DNA from: a virus
Taxonomy: Duplodnaviria; Heunggongvirae; Uroviricota; Caudoviricetes
Virus record (IMG/VR): IMGVR_UViG_2675903606_000008
Coordinates: 1-8,638 of that record
Length of the DNA stretch: 8,638 bases
Reading direction: 5' to 3' (one strand)
Below the pieces are notes generated by a model. That model was given only the letters and a program-made list of their open reading frames with translations, was not told the DNA's origin and made no database searches. The translations under genes were made by a program, and so were the position numbers. Shown piece after piece: positions 5,636 through 8,638 of this stretch; the stretch's first letter is position 1, and every line of letters starts with the position of its first letter.

Positions 5636-6089
5636 GCAGCAAATCCGGCAGGTCTGCCGCCAGTGCATGGACCGCTGCCGGGCGGGTGAAACATGGCCTC
5701 CGGACCTGGCTGAGTTTGTGGCGCTGATTTCGGAAAGCGGGGCCAATCCATTTGGCCTGACGGTGGATGCTGTGATGGAGGAGTATCGCCGCTGGCGTAA
5801 TGAGTCCTGGCGATATAACGGAAGCGACAAATATCCGTGGCCTCAGCCTGTGCTGTATCACATTTGCCTCGAGATGCGTTCAAAGGGGATTGAACGCCAG
5901 ATGACCGAAGGGGAATTAAAACGGCTTGCAGAACGGCAGCTGACGAAATGGGCAAAGCATGTTAGTAACGGCCTGAGCGTTCCGCCAGTACGGCGACAAC
6001 TGGCGGCACCAAAACGCCCGTTGGGACCAACGCCAATTGAGTTGCTGAAACAGGAGTATGAACGCCGGAAAGCGGCTGGTTTTGTCTGA
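5424..6089 (+). CDS. Replication protein P-like (DnaB helicase loader), 221 aa
   Basis: Track ORF 5424..6089. Residues 45-221 align by eye to lambda P, for example MTEQQIRQVCRQCM with ITTMEQVNAGMRVA, TWPPDLAEFVALI with PFLPSPGQFVAWC, and YPWPQPVLYHICLEMRS...ELKRLAERQLTKW with YPWKSNAHYWLVTNLYQ...ELRRKAADELVHM. A strong SD (AAGGGGG) lies 7 nt upstream of the ATG at 5424. Confidence 0.75.
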   Translation: MQQHQVAPHHGQFRKFGQHVSSGNVKTDLSATETAWKLWELMGEVYSNRWTQKNGAAPSKLWIAQIGAMTEQQIRQVCRQCMDRCRAGETWPPDLAEFVALISESGANPFGLTVDAVMEEYRRWRNESWRYNGSDKYPWPQPVLYHICLEMRSKGIERQMTEGELKRLAERQLTKWAKHVSNGLSVPPVRRQLAAPKRPLGPTPIELLKQEYERRKAAGFV

Positions 6090-6123
6090 TTTGAGAAGTA
6101 ATTTTTATCCGGAGGAAATTTTA

Positions 6124-6894
6124 ATGGGAACCGTATTGCATGCACTGAAAGCGATGGGTAAAGCCAATTCTGTTGAACTGGCGGCGCGGCTTGATATCAG
6201 CCGTGAAGAAGTTCTCAACGAACTGTGGGAACTCAAAAAAAATGGCGTTGTTGATAAAACGGGTCACACCTGGTTTCTGGCTGTCGAAGGTGAATCCGGG
6301 GTAACCGAAGGGCAGGCACTACAACCTGAAGCGCCGGATGTGGTAACCGAAGAGGTCGCTCCAAAAGTTAGCGCTGACATGATGATTGAGTTTATCGCTC
6401 AGGAGGGGGCTAAAACCTGTGAAGAAATAGCGGGTAAGTTCGGTGTCAGTACTCGCAAGGTTGCTTCCACGCTGGCGGTGGTAACCGCAACGGGGCGGCT
6501 GGCACGCGTTAATCAGAACGGTAGATTTCGTTACTGCATGCCGGGCGATAATTTACCAGCAGAGCCGAAAGCCGCGCTGGTAACGGAAAATGATGGTAAG
6601 GCCTTTCCTCAGCCAGCAGGTGCTGCGTTACCAGTCCGGGAAGCCGCAACACAGGAAGAAATTAAAACAGAAACTGTGGCGGACATTGTGCAGCCGTTGC
6701 CATCGTTTACCGAAACGCAAGCAGATGAGCTGATTTTTCCGTCCCTGCGCAGGGCAAACCTGGCGCTGCGCAGGGCGAAAAGTGATGTTCAGAAGTGGGA
6801 GCGAGTCTGCGCCGCGCTGCGGGAGCTGAACAAGCACCGGGATATTGTTCGACAGATTACTGATTCTTCCCGCCGTGTTGTATCGGAAAAGTGA
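6124..6894 (+). CDS. Prophage protein with two winged-helix/HTH-like segments (DUF1627-like, assignment from memory), 257 aa
   Basis: Track ORF 6058..6894. Preferred start is the ATG at 6124 (MGTVLHALKAMGK), with GGAGGA 7 nt upstream and after the P-like stop at 6089. Two segments resemble MarR-like winged helices: SVELAARLDISREEVLNELWELKKNGVV and CEEIAGKFGVSTRKVASTLAVVTATGRL. Confidence 0.6.
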   Translation: MGTVLHALKAMGKANSVELAARLDISREEVLNELWELKKNGVVDKTGHTWFLAVEGESGVTEGQALQPEAPDVVTEEVAPKVSADMMIEFIAQEGAKTCEEIAGKFGVSTRKVASTLAVVTATGRLARVNQNGRFRYCMPGDNLPAEPKAALVTENDGKAFPQPAGAALPVREAATQEEIKTETVADIVQPLPSFTETQADELIFPSLRRANLALRRAKSDVQKWERVCAALRELNKHRDIVRQITDSSRRVVSEK

Positions 6895-6909
6895 TTGCCG
6901 GAGGCGCTT

Positions 6910-7302
6910 ATGGCAAAAGTATTTACACCAGAAGAGCGGGAAGAAGTGAAGGCGCGCATTGTGGAATTCGTGCGCCTGAGCGGACGAGAAACTTTTCGAC
7001 AACTGGCAGATAAAACGGGTGTCAGTAAGACCGCTATTCGTCGTTTATCTGGTGCGCTTGCGGCCAGTGGTGATGTCTGGCTCTCTGGTTGCGGGGTATT
7101 TCTATCAGAGCAGGCGTATCGCGTATGGCGCAAGACACCGGAGAAGGCTGCTGACCCGACACTGATTCGAAAGTTACCTGACGGAGAAATACGTCGTTAC
7201 AACAGACGGCAGAACATAATTTGTCGTGAGTGCCGCCAGAGCGAAGTTATGCAGCGTGTGCTGGCGTTCTATCGGGGAAACTTTCAGGAGGTGATGGAGT
7301 GA
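6910..7302 (+). CDS. Small HTH-containing prophage protein (DUF977-like, assignment from memory), 130 aa
   Basis: Track ORF 6895..7302. Preferred start is the ATG at 6910 (MAKVFTPEE), with GGAGG upstream at 6899..6903. HTH-like segment FRQLADKTGVSKTAIRRLSGALAASG. A CxxC pair (IICRECRQ) lies near the C-terminus. Confidence 0.55.
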   Translation: MAKVFTPEEREEVKARIVEFVRLSGRETFRQLADKTGVSKTAIRRLSGALAASGDVWLSGCGVFLSEQAYRVWRKTPEKAADPTLIRKLPDGEIRRYNRRQNIICRECRQSEVMQRVLAFYRGNFQEVME

Positions 7303-7595
7303 GGGTGAGAGTTTATATTGCCGGTCCAATGACGGGATATGAAAATTTCAACCGTGAGGCATTTCACAAGGTGGAAGAGGAACTGAAACGGGAAGGGCAT
7401 ACCGTCTTAAACCCGGCAGTACTTCCGGACGGGCTGACACAGCCGCACTACATGGATATTTGCATGGCAATGATTCGTTGTGTGGATGCGATTTACATGC
7501 TGAATGGCTGGCAGCGGTCAGCGGGCGCTAAGGCAGAGCTGGCACTGGCGGAGAAACTGGGGCATGCGGTGATTTATCAGGAGGTGGCTCAATGA
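7299..7595 (+). CDS. DUF4406 / nucleoside 2-deoxyribosyltransferase-like small protein (about 98 aa)
   Basis: Frame of track ORF 7230..7595. I prefer the GTG at 7299, with AGGAGG (7286..7291) 7 nt upstream and a GTGA overlap with the upstream stop. The N-terminal YIAGPMTG motif, the central NP motif and C-terminal D...IY.L.GW..S.GA..E...A are characteristic of the DUF4406 Rossmann-like family as I recall it. Confidence 0.65.
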   Translation: MRVRVYIAGPMTGYENFNREAFHKVEEELKREGHTVLNPAVLPDGLTQPHYMDICMAMIRCVDAIYMLNGWQRSAGAKAELALAEKLGHAVIYQEVAQ

Positions 7596-8311
7596 GAGAG
7601 GTTAACTATGAGGCGCTTCGTGAAGCAGCAGAGAAAGCAACTAAAGGATGCTACATCGTAGGGCATACATCGGGCAATCAGCATGGGAATATAACAGGAG
7701 TTTTTGTTTGTCAAAAATGGAAAGGAGAACCCGGTGGCGTAATTGCAGAATGTCATGTTAACTGCCTGGTTGAAACAGATGCTCAGGCTTACGCAAACGC
7801 TGAATTTATTGCTGCCTTTAATCCAAATGTTGCGCTGGCACTACTGGATGAACGGGAAAGAAACCAGCAATACATCAAATCACGCGACCAGGAGAACGAG
7901 GAGATTGCGCTTACGGAAGGGAAGCTGCTAATCGAAAACGGCCGGCTTGTTGCCGATACGCTACGCCACTTAGCTGATAACGAAATCGACTCTGATTATT
8001 TTGCTATCACCTCAACGAATGAGAACGGTACTGAAATTGATCATGAGATGGCTATTACCGATTACGCACTGCAAGCTGCCGGAACTGTAGACGAATTGGT
8101 TGCGGCGTTGGAATCCGCAGAGAAGCGCATTGCAGAACTGGAAGCACGGGAAATATCGCTCCCAGAACGTAGCAGCATGCTTCATCGAACAGATTTTCAC
8201 GATGATTACCAAACGGTAATGGCATACAAAGTTTCTGAAGTCATCGCTGCAATCCGCGCCGCTGGCATTCGCATCAAAGGAGAGGAGCATGGAAATAAAA
8301 CCAGAAGATGA
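7592..8311 (+). CDS. Ead/Ea22-like family protein (239 aa)
   Basis: Track ORF 7592..8311. The N-terminal ALREAAEKATKG motif and a central coiled-coil-like segment (VDELVAALESAEKRIAELEARE) are typical of lambdoid Ea22-like proteins. The ATG overlaps the upstream stop as ATGA. Confidence 0.7.
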   Translation: MREVNYEALREAAEKATKGCYIVGHTSGNQHGNITGVFVCQKWKGEPGGVIAECHVNCLVETDAQAYANAEFIAAFNPNVALALLDERERNQQYIKSRDQENEEIALTEGKLLIENGRLVADTLRHLADNEIDSDYFAITSTNENGTEIDHEMAITDYALQAAGTVDELVAALESAEKRIAELEAREISLPERSSMLHRTDFHDDYQTVMAYKVSEVIAAIRAAGIRIKGEEHGNKTRR

Positions 8312-8621
8312 GTTAAGCAATATCGTTTTATTTCCGGTAAAAGAGGATGACCCACGTAATCAGGTTAATTTTCTCTATGAGCCATCGGAAAGACCATATT
8401 GCCATCACGCCTCTGTCCGGGTTGACGAAAAAGAGCGTCAGGTCCGCTGTAAAATCTGCGGTGCAGTTGTGGAGCCATTTGACTGGATGCTCTCTGTGGC
8501 GAAAAGAGAAACCAGACTGGCAGATGATGTAAGGATCTTGGGTAATGACTCCAACTTACTGATAGTGTTTTATGTTCAGATAATGCCCGATGACCTTGTC
8601 ATGCAGCTCCACCGATTTTGA
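8289..8621 (+). CDS. Hypothetical small protein with putative zinc-ribbon (CHH...CKIC), 110 aa
   Basis: Track ORF 8289..8621. GGAGAGGAG lies upstream of the ATG. Cys/His cluster PYCHHASVRVDEKERQVRCKICG. Overlaps the Ea22-like 3' end by 23 nt. No family recognised. Confidence 0.5.
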   Translation: MEIKPEDELSNIVLFPVKEDDPRNQVNFLYEPSERPYCHHASVRVDEKERQVRCKICGAVVEPFDWMLSVAKRETRLADDVRILGNDSNLLIVFYVQIMPDDLVMQLHRF

Positions 8622-8638
8622 GAACGACAGTGACTTCC

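Noticed and set aside
5511-6145. Minus-strand track ORFs 5511..5861, 5545..5955, 5558..5830 and 5858..6145
   Set aside because: Antisense frames in a GC-rich coding region. Products are Arg/Pro/Ser-rich and typical of non-coding reverse frames.
6628-7133. Minus-strand track ORFs 6628..7002 and 6789..7133
   Set aside because: Antisense to the two HTH protein genes.
7743-8532. Track ORFs 7743..7931 (plus), 8012..8320 (minus) and 8347..8532 (plus)
   Set aside because: Alternative or antisense frames within the Ea22-like and zinc-ribbon genes.

Overview
This window reads as the immunity and early-gene core of a Qin-type (dicB-type) lambdoid prophage from an enterobacterium. All identifications are from reading the sequence and from remembered protein and RNA sequences; no searches were run. 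A divergent repressor/Cro-like pair, dicA (minus) and dicC (plus), sits at 3367..4088 with three copies of a 20-bp palindromic operator (TTGTTAGYCATGRCTAACAA). Leftward (minus strand) the dicB operon runs dicA, ydfA, an unrecognised 216-aa gene, about 550 nt with no minus-strand ORF, the dicF sRNA, dicB, ydfD, and a long ydfE-like ORF that leaves the window at position 1. Rightward (plus strand) are dicC, a YdaT-like (CII-like) gene, an O-like replication initiator with iteron-like repeats inside it, a lambda P-like helicase loader overlapping O by about 210 nt, two HTH proteins, a DUF4406-like protein, an Ea22-like protein and a small zinc-ribbon protein. The most interesting locus is the AT-rich cassette at 2188..3048, which sits where I recall ydfB/ydfC in E. 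coli K-12: a 216-aa ORF translationally coupled to ydfA, facing a convergent small ORF that carries a +1-frame hydrophobic peptide. I saw no tRNA, rRNA, CRISPR array, IS element or attachment site.
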